Assembly: GCA_044345055.1 (NCBI GenBank)
Contig: JBIJBT010000007.1
Span: 1-50,570 of the forward strand
DNA from: Bdellovibrionota bacterium
GTDB lineage: Bacteria > Bdellovibrionota_C > UBA2361 > OMIW01
Reading direction: 5' to 3'
DNA length: 50,570 nt
In this document: in pieces, positions 29,425 through 39,874 of the stretch
How the letters are laid out: each line of letters begins with the position of its first letter
How positions within the stretch are numbered: position 1 is the first letter of the stretch
Notes under the pieces: model-generated
The model's input: only the letters and a program-made list of their open reading frames with translations
Database searches by the model: none
What the model was told of the DNA's origin: nothing
Translations under genes and position numbers: made by a program

Positions 29425-29508
29425 GAGGCTGCGAAATAAGGGGGTTCTAATCGAGTCTGTGCCAAAGCAGCGGCCCCCTCGCCTCGAACCCCCTTATTTC
29501 GCAGCCTC
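29425..29508. mobile_element. MITE-like element, 84 bp, perfect 23-bp terminal inverted repeats
   Basis: GAGGCTGCGAAATAAGGGGGTTC...GAACCCCCTTATTTCGCAGCCTC, flanked by AAA on both sides. Confidence 0.6.
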
Positions 29509-29608
29509 AAATACTCACCATAGTCGGGCGCAAAAAGCCGTGCTATACGAACAGAGGGCGTGCGGTGATGCATAAGCACCCTTTCAGTTTGCGTCTTGGA
29601 GATCCCCT

Positions 29609-30532
29609 ATGAAAGCACACACAATTCTTGACACTATCGGTTCAACACCACATCTGCGGATTAATCGCCTTTTTGGTGCTACTCACGAAGTCTGGTACAA
29701 GCTAGAGCGTGCCAATCCTTGTGGAAGTATAAAGGATCGGATCGCACTCTCGATGGTTGAGGCGGCTGAGCTTGCTGGCGAGCTTCAACCAGGCACCACG
29801 ATTATAGAGCCAACATCTGGAAATACTGGTATCGCGCTCGCTATGGTAGCGGCCGTTAGAGGATATCGAGTGATTTTGGTGATGCCAGAATCGATGTCGA
29901 TCGAACGGCGGAGATTGATGGTTACTCTTGGAGCAGAGCTTGTGCTCACCCCTCGCGAGAAGGGGATGCCAGGTGCGATTGCGCGGGCTCGCGAGCTACT
30001 CGAGGAGATCCCGTCGAGCTGGATGCCGATGCAATTTGATAATCCCGCGAACGTCGATATTCATCGCAGAACCACTGCTCAGGAGATCCTCAATGATTTT
30101 CCTGAGGGAATCGATGTAATCATTACAGGCGTTGGTACGGGTGGACATATTACAGGCTGCGCAGAGATATTAAAGCAACGGTGGAGCAATCTTCGGGTCT
30201 ATGCGGTAGAGCCAGAAAAATCTCCAGTACTAAGTGGTGGGTCCCCCTCTCCTCATCGGCTGCAAGGAATCGGTGCTGGATTTGTTCCCTCAATTGTAAA
30301 CATGGCTCTCCTTGATGGAGTGCTAAAAGTATCCGAGGAAGATGCATTTACCTATGCGCGTAGGTGTGCGCGAGAAGAAGGGGTGCTCGTCGGAATCTCC
30401 TCAGGAGCAACTCTTGCAGCGATAGCACAAAAACTCGAGGAGATTCCCGCTGGTTCACGTGTTCTTGGATTCTGTTATGATACCGGCGAGCGATACCTGT
30501 CGGTTGATGGTTTTTATCCTAATCAAGCTTAA
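29609..30532 (+). CDS. cysK: Cysteine synthase
   Basis: [37 protein letters not shown]. Confidence 0.95.
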   Translation: MKAHTILDTIGSTPHLRINRLFGATHEVWYKLERANPCGSIKDRIALSMVEAAELAGELQPGTTIIEPTSGNTGIALAMVAAVRGYRVILVMPESMSIERRRLMVTLGAELVLTPREKGMPGAIARARELLEEIPSSWMPMQFDNPANVDIHRRTTAQEILNDFPEGIDVIITGVGTGGHITGCAEILKQRWSNLRVYAVEPEKSPVLSGGSPSPHRLQGIGAGFVPSIVNMALLDGVLKVSEEDAFTYARRCAREEGVLVGISSGATLAAIAQKLEEIPAGSRVLGFCYDTGERYLSVDGFYPNQA

Positions 30533-30545
30533 AAAAGGTCTAAGT

Positions 30546-31154
30546 GTGAAACTGCGGAAGATTATTCGTCATCACTCTTTTCTTGCGCTTTCGGTCTTTA
30601 CGATATGCCTTGGACTAATGGGGTGCTCTCCACACCTAGGTCGCTCGATAATTGTAACCGACATTCCTCCGAGTTCTGCATCTTCGTATCGCCCCGCATC
30701 ATGGCGGGGTTTGACTGTTGCGCTTGACACTACCGTAATCGCGCTGTCCAAACAGCCGGGAGCAAAAATTGATGGCCGATTTGTCCCGATCGAGGGAGCC
30801 ATTGATTCGGTTGTTGGACAAGGGCTTCGGCAGCGATTAAGAAGCGCCGGGGCATCGGTGCGGCAAGGAGGCTCTGTTGCTCTCACGAGTCGAGTCACCG
30901 AGTGGGGTATGCGGGTATATCCCGATTTCCCTTCAACATCAGTTGAGGCGCGCGCGGTGATTGTGATAGAGGCGCTACACGCCTCGGGAGAGATCCTATA
31001 TCGCGCAACTTACACCGGCGAGGCAACGCGCTCAGGGGTAAATGTTCGCGCACCCCAGATCGAGGAAACTCTGATTAACGCTATGGCACACGCTCTCGAT
31101 GAGGTCGTTATGGATGATCGATTGCGACGGGCTGTGGAGAGCGCTAAGGAATAA
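30546..31154 (+). CDS. Putative lipoprotein
   Basis: Basic N-terminus, hydrophobic core and LMGC lipobox; GTG start inferred. Confidence 0.6.
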   Translation: MKLRKIIRHHSFLALSVFTICLGLMGCSPHLGRSIIVTDIPPSSASSYRPASWRGLTVALDTTVIALSKQPGAKIDGRFVPIEGAIDSVVGQGLRQRLRSAGASVRQGGSVALTSRVTEWGMRVYPDFPSTSVEARAVIVIEALHASGEILYRATYTGEATRSGVNVRAPQIEETLINAMAHALDEVVMDDRLRRAVESAKE

Positions 31155-31391
31155 GAATGTCGGAGGCCGAGCGTTTTGCACGTAAAAAAAGGTGGTGCGA
31201 TTCCTCATTTGTTTTACCCCGATTATGGTGTAGAGTCTCGGTGAGGGTAAGCGGCTCTCGAGAGTTGACAATGATGGCCGCATCGTTTTCGAACGCCCCT
31301 CAATTGTTGTCGTTAGCTAGCTGAGTAATCGCCATCACTCGGGATGAAAAATCCCTTGAGGAAGTGCAAGACTTTATCGGTAGGGGAACCC

Positions 31392-31820
31392 ATGTCCGCC
31401 ATCAAAAAAAAAGAGCTCGATACCTTCAAAGATCTTTTGATTGAAGAAAAACGGAAGATCACCCGTCATCTCGAGGATCTGAGTGATTCCGCCGAGTCTG
31501 AGCTTGAAATAGGCAGTGGCGATTCAGTTGATATTGCATCTCTTGAAATCAGCCAGGCATCGCTCCAAAAAATCGGCAAACGTGAGGCGTACCTCCTCAA
31601 GAAAATAGATTTGGCGCTAAGAAAAATTGAAGATGGCACCTTTGGGGAGTGCGAATCGTGTGGAGAGCCGGTCGGAGTAGCGAGGCTCATGGCGCGGCCG
31701 GTAGCGCAGCTATGCATTGATTGTAAGACCGAGCAAGAAAATGTTGAGCGTCGATTCAGCACCCGCGAGCGTGGCGCCGGTGGAGAGGGTCGTGACGTTG
31801 ACGAGATGGATGAGTTTTAA
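31392..31820 (+). CDS. dksA: DksA/TraR family C4 zinc-finger protein
   Basis: DxxDxA motif (DSVDIA), CESC...CIDC, RL.A.P. Confidence 0.9.
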   Translation: MSAIKKKELDTFKDLLIEEKRKITRHLEDLSDSAESELEIGSGDSVDIASLEISQASLQKIGKREAYLLKKIDLALRKIEDGTFGECESCGEPVGVARLMARPVAQLCIDCKTEQENVERRFSTRERGAGGEGRDVDEMDEF

Positions 31821-31827
31821 AGGCCCG

Positions 31828-31875
31828 CAATAGTCTCTCAATAGTCTCTCAATAGTCTCATAGTTGAGAGGCTGC
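31828..31875 (+). repeat. 11-bp tandem repeat (about 3 copies) forming the left arm of a hairpin after dksA
   Basis: CAATAGTCTCT x2 plus CAATAGTCTC; TAGTCTCTCAA pairs with downstream TTGAGAGGCTG. Confidence 0.7.
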
Positions 31876-31937
31876 AAAATAAGGGCTCTGGTCATTCAGG
31901 GGAAACATAAAAGAGAAACCTTTGAGGTCGCGACGAC

Positions 31938-32876
31938 GTGCTCTTATCGCATTCCCCGGATATCGTGCTTGCTCACGCAAAGGTTAATCTCATGCTCCGG
32001 ATCGTCGGAAGGCGACCGGAGGATGGATATCATCTCCTCGAGATGATTAATGTCGATGTATCTCTGGCGGATGAGCTAACGATTCGATTTTCTGATTCGT
32101 CAGTTCCTATAACTATTAAGGTGATTGGTGATTCACCGAAGGGCACTCCCGTATCAACGATAGAAAATCCAGCAACCAGCTCGCTTGGGCGGGCGTTTTC
32201 AGCGTTTTGCGAGGCATTTTCCGTTAAAGCAGCCATTTCCGTAACCATCAAAAAGCGAATTCCGGTCGGAGCGGGACTTGGAGGTGGTACCTCAGACGCA
32301 GCGGCACTTCTGCAGTGGTGTTGGAATAATCTTCTCTCAGACACGCAGCGAGCAGATAGGTGCTCCTCCGAGCTTTTGAATCAGATAGCAATCACGGTGG
32401 GTGCCGATGTTCCCTACTCTCTTCGTGGTGGGTGCGCTATTGTTACGGGTATTGGTGAAGAGGTTGCTCCTCTTCCCTGGAAGCTCTCTGGAGTTCCCCT
32501 CGTGCTAGTTGTCCCACCGACTGTGGTTCCTACCCCCGCTGTATTTGCTGCATTTCGGGAGGAGCAATCGCCATTTTCGGAGCAGATGTTCAACCGCTTT
32601 TGCTCTGAATCATCTCCGTTACCACCACCCGGCGAGGTTGTAAGAAATGATCTTGAGTCAGTGGTATCGTCGAGGTGGCCAGCCGTGGGCGAGGCTCTCA
32701 CCGCTCTTAAGTCTAACAGAGAAGGTCTGGTGGCAGGTATGACCGGTTCTGGATCAGCTCTCTTTTGTCTTGCACCAGAGTGGACAACCAACCCCGTTGC
32801 TGCGCAAAAGCTCGAGCTGCTAGTAAAAAATATTGCCCCGCACGACGCAAAGAGTATTCCCTGTTATATTCGGTGA
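31938..32876 (+). CDS. ispE: 4-diphosphocytidyl-2-C-methyl-D-erythritol kinase
   Basis: AKVNL.L.I...R.DGYH.L, K.IP..AGLGGG.SDAA, GADVP, NDLE, MTGSGS. Confidence 0.93.
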   Translation: MLLSHSPDIVLAHAKVNLMLRIVGRRPEDGYHLLEMINVDVSLADELTIRFSDSSVPITIKVIGDSPKGTPVSTIENPATSSLGRAFSAFCEAFSVKAAISVTIKKRIPVGAGLGGGTSDAAALLQWCWNNLLSDTQRADRCSSELLNQIAITVGADVPYSLRGGCAIVTGIGEEVAPLPWKLSGVPLVLVVPPTVVPTPAVFAAFREEQSPFSEQMFNRFCSESSPLPPPGEVVRNDLESVVSSRWPAVGEALTALKSNREGLVAGMTGSGSALFCLAPEWTTNPVAAQKLELLVKNIAPHDAKSIPCYIR

Positions 32877-32881
32877 GTTTG

Positions 32882-34675
32882 ATGAGCCCCTCGACACACC
32901 GCTCCCCTCGAACCACAATCCAGCTTCGCGCCTGGCAGCAGGAGGCATTCGGAGTGTACCGCGATGCTATACATCGAGGGCAACGGAGTATTCTCTGGGA
33001 AGCAACGCCAGGAGCGGGTAAAACAACGGCGGCGCTTGCAATCTGCTTGCACCAGGTGCGCCGACTCCGTGCTCCTACCGTGTTGGTCGTTGTTCCAACA
33101 GCTCATCTCAAGGTGCAGTGGGCGCGTGCGGCCAATCAGGTAGGTCTCAACCTCGATTGCGGACTAACCAAAGATGGTGCTCCCCGACCCCGCGATATCC
33201 ATGGATTTGTCGTCACCTATCAACAGCTAGCTCAGGATCCAACTTTTTTTCGGACGATTGCCCGCCAGTCATGCACCGTTCTTGATGAGATTCATCACGC
33301 AGGCGACGGGCTCTCATGGGGAGACGCTATCACCTTTGCTCTCGCAGAGGCTCGCTTTGTGTTGTGTTTAAGCGGAACCCCCTTTCGGAGCGACAACGCC
33401 GCCATTCCGTTCGTTCACTATGACGATGCGGGGATGAGCACCGCCGATTATTCGTACGGATACGCTCGCGCCGTTGAAGAAGGAGTGTGCCGCCCGACTG
33501 CTTTTCTTACCTACGGCGGAGCTGTTTCTTGGCGCGATGGGGAGGAAGCTGTTACTGCAACTTTTAGCGAACCGCTCGATCCGATTGGCTCGGCCCGCAG
33601 ACTTCGTGCCGCCGTTAGCGCTGAGAGCGGTTGGATTACCCCTGTGTTTTCCGATGCGCATCAACTCCTAATGGCGACTCGGCAACACACTCCAACTGCT
33701 GGAGGGCTCGTCGTTGCTTCGAGTCAAACTCAGGCTCGCAAGCTTAGCAGAATTCTATCCCGAATTGCGGGTGCTGCACCGGTTCTGGTCCTCTCTGAGG
33801 ATAGCGCTGCATCTGATAATTTGAAGAGATTCCGAGATTCGGACACCCCGTGGCTTGTTGCCTGCAACATGGTGAGTGAGGGAGTTGATATTCCCCGACT
33901 CCAGGTCGGCATCTACGCAACGACCGTTCGGACAAAGATGTATTTTCGTCAGTTTATTGGTCGATTGGTCCGAAGTTCGCAGCCTCCAGCTCCGTCAACC
34001 GGTTCCGCGAACTCCTCTTCCCCGGTCTCCTCGCCGATCGCCTATTGCTATCTTCCCGCTGATCCAACCCTCAAGCAGCTTGCCTTTGAGATTGAAACAG
34101 AAATTAAGCACTCCATTCGTCATCGCGATGACGATGAGCAGTTTCCCGAACGTGACGAGCGAGTCTCACGAGAAGCTCCTCCCGAAACAACTTGGGAGAT
34201 TCTCGATTCTACCAATAATGGACTCCAATCGGTTATTGTCCACGGTACAGCGTTGAATGGGGCTGTGATGAATGGGACTGTGATGAATGGGGCTCTGCTT
34301 CAAGCAGGGGAAGTTATTCCCAATCCTATTTCCTCATTTAATTCAGTTTACGAACAAACTAGTAATGGGAAATCAACTAATCAGCTCCCTCATGTCGAGA
34401 GCCCACTTGCCCGTCACCTAGAGCTACAAACCATCATTCAGGAGCAGGTATCAGAGCGACTAACACAAAAACGAGCTCCAACTGAAACAAAAGCAGCTCT
34501 TACTCGAGAAATTCGTCGCCTTGTCACCGTATGCAATCGTCGGCTACACCGCTCTCACGCCGCCATATACGGCCAGCTCAATGCTCTACAGGGGATTGCG
34601 AGCCAGCACAGCTGCAGCGAAGCCGAGCTGCGAAAACGAATAGCTCTTTTAAATGATATGTTACGGGGCGCGTGA
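32882..34675 (+). CDS. SF2 DEAD/DEAH-box helicase (ResIII-like, Rv2917-type)
   Basis: LRAWQ, ATPGAGKT, DEIHH.GD..SWG, SGTPFRSD, MVSEGVDIPRL, Q.IGR.VR; start may be GTG 32873. Confidence 0.88.
   Translation: MSPSTHRSPRTTIQLRAWQQEAFGVYRDAIHRGQRSILWEATPGAGKTTAALAICLHQVRRLRAPTVLVVVPTAHLKVQWARAANQVGLNLDCGLTKDGAPRPRDIHGFVVTYQQLAQDPTFFRTIARQSCTVLDEIHHAGDGLSWGDAITFALAEARFVLCLSGTPFRSDNAAIPFVHYDDAGMSTADYSYGYARAVEEGVCRPTAFLTYGGAVSWRDGEEAVTATFSEPLDPIGSARRLRAAVSAESGWITPVFSDAHQLLMATRQHTPTAGGLVVASSQTQARKLSRILSRIAGAAPVLVLSEDSAASDNLKRFRDSDTPWLVACNMVSEGVDIPRLQVGIYATTVRTKMYFRQFIGRLVRSSQPPAPSTGSANSSSPVSSPIAYCYLPADPTLKQLAFEIETEIKHSIRHRDDDEQFPERDERVSREAPPETTWEILDSTNNGLQSVIVHGTALNGAVMNGTVMNGALLQAGEVIPNPISSFNSVYEQTSNGKSTNQLPHVESPLARHLELQTIIQEQVSERLTQKRAPTETKAALTREIRRLVTVCNRRLHRSHAAIYGQLNALQGIASQHSCSEAELRKRIALLNDMLRGA
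34254..34298 (+). repeat. In-frame 15-bp tandem repeat x3 inside the helicase
   Basis: TGAATGGGGCTGTGA / TGAATGGGACTGTGA / TGAATGGGGCTCTGC. Confidence 0.8.
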
Positions 34676-34800
34676 ACCGACAAATAGTATCACGTCTCTA
34701 TGGTATAACGTCTCTGACGCAACCCCGTACCTGTTGTGATGGTTTTTGTTGATGCGGTTTCTGCGAGATCAGTTTCCCGCATATTAGTTCTTTAAGACTC

Positions 34801-35631
34801 TTACACCCCAACAAATTTCTTAAAGGCTCGTACCGTTGCCTGTCGTCCGATCGAGGCGATTGATTCATGGAGCGGGATACTTTTTGGGCAGGCGTGTACG
34901 CAGTTCTGCGCATTACCACAATCCTCAACACCACCATTGCCCATTACTGCGTCTAGCCGCTCATCAGCGTTATATGCCCCAGTTGGATGCGAGTTGAAGA
35001 GTCGCACCTGATTTATTGTCTGGGCACCCACAAATGAATTATCTATCGCAAACTGCGGACAAACCTGGAGACATACTCCGCAAGTCATGCAGGTCGACAT
35101 TACATAACGTTCCCGCACCTCAGCTGGATCTTGACGAGGTCCTGGCCCCAAGTTGTGGCTTCCATCGATTTCAACCCACGCCTTAACCCGCTTGAGATTT
35201 TCAAACATCCGGCTCCGATCCACCGCAAGATCCCTATGTATGGGAAATTTGTTCATCGGCTCAAGAACGATCGGCTGCTCTAGCTGATCAACAAGTGCGG
35301 TGCAACCCTGGCGTGCACGACCATTGACCACCATCGAACACGCGCCACATACCTGCTCAAGACACCCTGAATCGTAGACGATCGGAGCGACCTTTTTACC
35401 GGTAATATCAACCGGATTTTTTCTAAACTCCATCAGCACCGAGAGTACGTTGTGACCCGGCTGATAAGGTATCTCAAACTCAAGCCAATAAGGCAGCTTG
35501 TCGCGATCATCCTGACGCTTGACTTTGACCCGAATCTTTTTGCCTCCCTTTACAGCGTGATCGTTAGAGTGTGGGGAGCTCTCGACTCCGTTACTGCCCT
35601 GCTGTTTTTCTGCCTCTGATGGATGACTCAT
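34801..35631 (-). CDS. sdhB: Succinate dehydrogenase Fe-S subunit
   Basis: CLE.VCG.C, CMTCG.C...CP, CGN.QNC...CPK. Confidence 0.95.
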   Translation of the reverse strand: MSHPSEAEKQQGSNGVESSPHSNDHAVKGGKKIRVKVKRQDDRDKLPYWLEFEIPYQPGHNVLSVLMEFRKNPVDITGKKVAPIVYDSGCLEQVCGACSMVVNGRARQGCTALVDQLEQPIVLEPMNKFPIHRDLAVDRSRMFENLKRVKAWVEIDGSHNLGPGPRQDPAEVRERYVMSTCMTCGVCLQVCPQFAIDNSFVGAQTINQVRLFNSHPTGAYNADERLDAVMGNGGVEDCGNAQNCVHACPKSIPLHESIASIGRQATVRAFKKFVGV

Positions 35632-35728
35632 GGCTGTGATGCTCCTCTTTTGACCCGTGCCTTTTTTCCTATAGCGGCTTCACTTAAGAGCCGCTATGCC
35701 GTCACACTACGTATTTTCCCCGCCTCTG

Positions 35729-37489
35729 TTACGCTGCTGTTTTATCAACATTGTACACCCGTTTTCGTGGAGGAATGAACCGAATATCGACCTCTTCATA
35801 GCTCAGCTCTGGACCCTCGGGAGTGTAGCTAGCCTTGGTAGTTTTTAACCAACTCTCATCGTTTCTCTCAGGAAATTCCGGCTTATAGTGAGCCCCCCGA
35901 CTTTCATCCCGAGCAAGAGCTCCCGCCACTATTGCGTGGGCTAACTCAAGGCCGTTACTTAGCTGATTGACGAACAGCAGCTCCTGATTGAAGGCCTGAG
36001 TTGAGCTTCCGATGCCAACTTTGCGAACACGCTCTTTTAGCTCCTGAATCTTGGCGATTCCCTGAATAAGCTCGTCATTGCGGCGAACTACCGTGACGTA
36101 GTTGGTCATCATCTGACCGAGCTCCTGATGAAGCTTATACACATTTTCCGTTCCAGACATCGTCGCTATCTGATCGAGTTGAGCCCGAATCCGCGCCTCT
36201 TCCCTGTCAAATAATGAAGACTCCGCATCGGTACTGCGACGCTTTAGACCTTTGCAGTAATCAACGATTCGCCCACCCCCTTTCAGACCATCGAAGGTAC
36301 AGCTTAGCAGCGCATTTGCCCCGAGCCGATTTGCTCCGTGATATTCAAAGTTACATTCACCACCCGCAAAGAGCCCCGGTACACTCGTCATTAAATTATA
36401 ATCGACCCACAATCCACCCATCGAGTAGTGCATTCCAGGAAAGATCTTCATCGGAACTTTACGGGGATCGTCCCCAACAAATGTTTCGTAAATTTCGAGA
36501 ATCGCGCCGAGCCGTTTGTCGAGAAAATCACGGGATAGGTGGCTCAGGTCGAGGTACACCATATTGTCGCCATTCACACCGAGCTTTTGGCGAACACACA
36601 CATCAAAAATCTCGCGGGTCGCGATATCCCGAGGCACCAAATTTCCGTAAGCCGGATACTTTTCCTCTAAAAAGTACCAAGGCTTCCCATCCTTATAGGT
36701 CCAGACTCGTCCACCCTCGCCACGAGCCGATTCGCTCATAAGCCGCAACTTATCGAGCCCAGGTATCGCTGTTGGATGAACCTGAATAAATTCGCCATTT
36801 GCGTAATAGGCTCCCTGGCTGTAGGCGCTCGCATGAGACGAACCTGTATTGACAACCGAGTTGGTTGACTTCCCAAAGAGCATACCGATACCGCCGGTGC
36901 ACAACATTACCGCATCAGCTCTAAAGGCCTTCACTTCGCGGTTAATCAAATTCACCGCGACGATACCACGGCAGGTGCCCTCTTCATCCTTTACGAGTGA
37001 CAAGAACTCCCAATATTCGAATTTCTGTACCTGCCCGAGAACCTCTCGGCGCCTAACCTGCTCATCGAGAGCATACAGAAGCTGCTGTCCCGTACTCGCC
37101 CCTGCAAACGCGGTGCGATGATGTTTTGTTCCCCCAAAGCGACGGAAGTCAAGGTTACCCTCCGCGGTTCGGTTAAATGGGACGCCGAGTCGATCGAATA
37201 GAAAAATAATCTCTGGGGCCATCGCGGTCATCTCTTTGACCGGAGCCTGATTGGCTAGAAAGTCGCCCCCGTAAATCGTGTCATCAAAGTGTTCGGCAAC
37301 ACTATCCCCTTCTCCACGGATATTGACCGCCGCATTTATACCCCCTTGGGCACACACAGAGTGCGATCGCTTTACCGGAACAACCGAGAAAACTTTCACC
37401 GTCGCACCGAGCTCAGCAAGCTTCATCGTCGCAGCAAGCCCCGCGAGTCCTCCGCCAACTACGATGACCTCAAATGGTGATGACGCCAT
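35729..37489 (-). CDS. sdhA: Succinate dehydrogenase flavoprotein
   Basis: GGGLAG, RSHSVCAQGGIN, QVHPT, HYSMGG, HGANRLG.N.L, ESRGAH. Confidence 0.96.
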   Translation of the reverse strand: MASSPFEVIVVGGGLAGLAATMKLAELGATVKVFSVVPVKRSHSVCAQGGINAAVNIRGEGDSVAEHFDDTIYGGDFLANQAPVKEMTAMAPEIIFLFDRLGVPFNRTAEGNLDFRRFGGTKHHRTAFAGASTGQQLLYALDEQVRRREVLGQVQKFEYWEFLSLVKDEEGTCRGIVAVNLINREVKAFRADAVMLCTGGIGMLFGKSTNSVVNTGSSHASAYSQGAYYANGEFIQVHPTAIPGLDKLRLMSESARGEGGRVWTYKDGKPWYFLEEKYPAYGNLVPRDIATREIFDVCVRQKLGVNGDNMVYLDLSHLSRDFLDKRLGAILEIYETFVGDDPRKVPMKIFPGMHYSMGGLWVDYNLMTSVPGLFAGGECNFEYHGANRLGANALLSCTFDGLKGGGRIVDYCKGLKRRSTDAESSLFDREEARIRAQLDQIATMSGTENVYKLHQELGQMMTNYVTVVRRNDELIQGIAKIQELKERVRKVGIGSSTQAFNQELLFVNQLSNGLELAHAIVAGALARDESRGAHYKPEFPERNDESWLKTTKASYTPEGPELSYEEVDIRFIPPRKRVYNVDKTAA

Positions 37490-37600
37490 GATTACTGTCC
37501 CTTTCTTTTGTAGCCGAAACTTTTTATAAACAGAAGGAGCTTGCAACTCTTCGGATGAAACCCGTCTATAATAAATAAATAGCCTATAAAGCTAAATAAC

Positions 37601-38275
37601 TTATATTCCGAGAGCCGAAAGCAAACTTTTATCTAGCACGAACGCAGATAAAATATCGATTCCAACCACCGAAAGCACTGCAAATACGATACAGCTGATG
37701 GCTGCTAATCGCTTTTGCCCTGCATCGGTCCTCACGAGCCCCCATGTGATTGAAAAGCTCCAAAGTCCATTTGCGAAGTGATAAACGACCGAGAGAATAC
37801 CGATTACGTAAAGTGCAAAAACCCACGGCACCGAGAGTTTTGTAGTCATATCGCTGAAGGTTATCTCTCTTCCAGCCACAAAGAGAGCCCAAAAGCGCGT
37901 CGATACAACGTGATATGCGATATAAAATAGCGCAACGATCCCCGTTATTCGCTGCATGACATAAGCGATATTTCGGGCGTGAGTATAATTAGCAACCACG
38001 GGGCGCGAAGCCCGTGTTATCAAAATTCCATAAAGAGCATGAAATATTAGTGGCAGCAAAAGAAGAGCCCACTCAGCGACAACAAGGTACGGCATCGATG
38101 CTATTTTGTGTACCGTTTCGTTAAACGCCTCTGCTCCATGCCGCGCCGAAGAGTTTTCAAAAAAGTGAAACAGTAGGAATCCGCCAAGTGGCACAATGCC
38201 GGTCAGCGAGTGAAGTCGCCTTAGAAGAAAAGAGCGTTCCGCGGAGGTAAGTCCGGCTGCTGGTAAAGATGTCAT
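37601..38275 (-). CDS. sdhC: Succinate dehydrogenase cytochrome b558 (Bacillus-type, 5 TM)
   Basis: LRRLHSL.GI.P.G.FL..H, QR.TG, H.ANGLW.F...WG. Confidence 0.93.
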   Translation of the reverse strand: MTSLPAAGLTSAERSFLLRRLHSLTGIVPLGGFLLFHFFENSSARHGAEAFNETVHKIASMPYLVVAEWALLLLPLIFHALYGILITRASRPVVANYTHARNIAYVMQRITGIVALFYIAYHVVSTRFWALFVAGREITFSDMTTKLSVPWVFALYVIGILSVVYHFANGLWSFSITWGLVRTDAGQKRLAAISCIVFAVLSVVGIDILSAFVLDKSLLSALGI

Positions 38276-38305
38276 CTTCTTTTTCGTCTCCCTGAAAACA
38301 GAAGA

Positions 38306-38335
38306 TGGGCCACTACAAATTTCGTCAGTGGCCCA
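38306..38335 (-). terminator. Hairpin between mdh and sdhC (possible terminator or attenuator)
   Basis: TGGGCCACT...AGTGGCCCA 9-bp stem followed on the minus strand by TCTTCTGTTTT. Confidence 0.45.
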
Positions 38336-38437
38336 CCACTACAACCTATTATGACCCTTCGTTGCTAACTTGACGTCGTTTCCGACCTGAAGTTGCTGCT
38401 GAATAGCGGTCCAGATTGTAAGGATTGTGAATTTCAC

Positions 38438-39382
<945 letters not shown>

Positions 39383-39647
39383 CTAAAAAGTAGTACTTCG
39401 GAAAGGTGAGAAACACCCAGCAGCTCGGTCGTCGTGATAAATCCGAGAGTATGGATAAAGAGTGTGGACAACGGGCGCGGCGATTCTCACCTGCACCCAC
39501 TCCGAGCTGCGATCCAACTGCTAAAAGGTACTACCATGACCGGCACGAAGCAAGTGCGATAACATCGTTATTTTACTTACGAATCGGTGCGAAGTTTGGG
39601 TCTGTGAAAGTTTCCTTCAAATCTTTCCTTAATCTTCATGATCGCTA

Positions 39648-39676
39648 TTGAAAAGGGCATCTTACTCTGTTAGAGT
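39648..39676 (+). promoter_or_regulatory. sigma70-type promoter of tRNA-Pro
   Basis: TTGAAA-N17-TAGAGT with TGn extension, 16 bp before the tRNA. Confidence 0.55.
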
Positions 39677-39692
39677 CCCCCTCGAACAGCAA

Positions 39693-39767
39693 CGGGGTGT
39701 AGCTCAGCCTGGCTAGAGCACTAGTTTTGGGAACTAGGGGTCGCTGGTTCAAATCCGGTCACCCCGA
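39693..39767 (+). tRNA. tRNA-Pro(TGG); CCA not encoded
   Basis: Acceptor stem CGGGGTG/CACCCCG, anticodon arm CTAGT-tt TGG ga-ACTAG, T-arm GGTTCAAATCC; followed by TTT. Confidence 0.96.
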
Positions 39768-39874
39768 TTTCTGTGTCCTCCTTCGGGTCACAGGTTGATT
39801 GAGCAGTAGTGGTTTTATATTCAGCGGTTTTTTAATCGACCTAGTGGTTTGGTAGCTCCGATATAACTAATCCC

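Noticed and set aside
31828..31864. CRISPR array
   Set aside because: 11-bp tandem units without spacers; no cas genes
34687..34715. 13-bp direct repeat GTAT(C/A)ACGTCTCT
   Set aside because: Only two copies, in a convergent spacer; no supporting context
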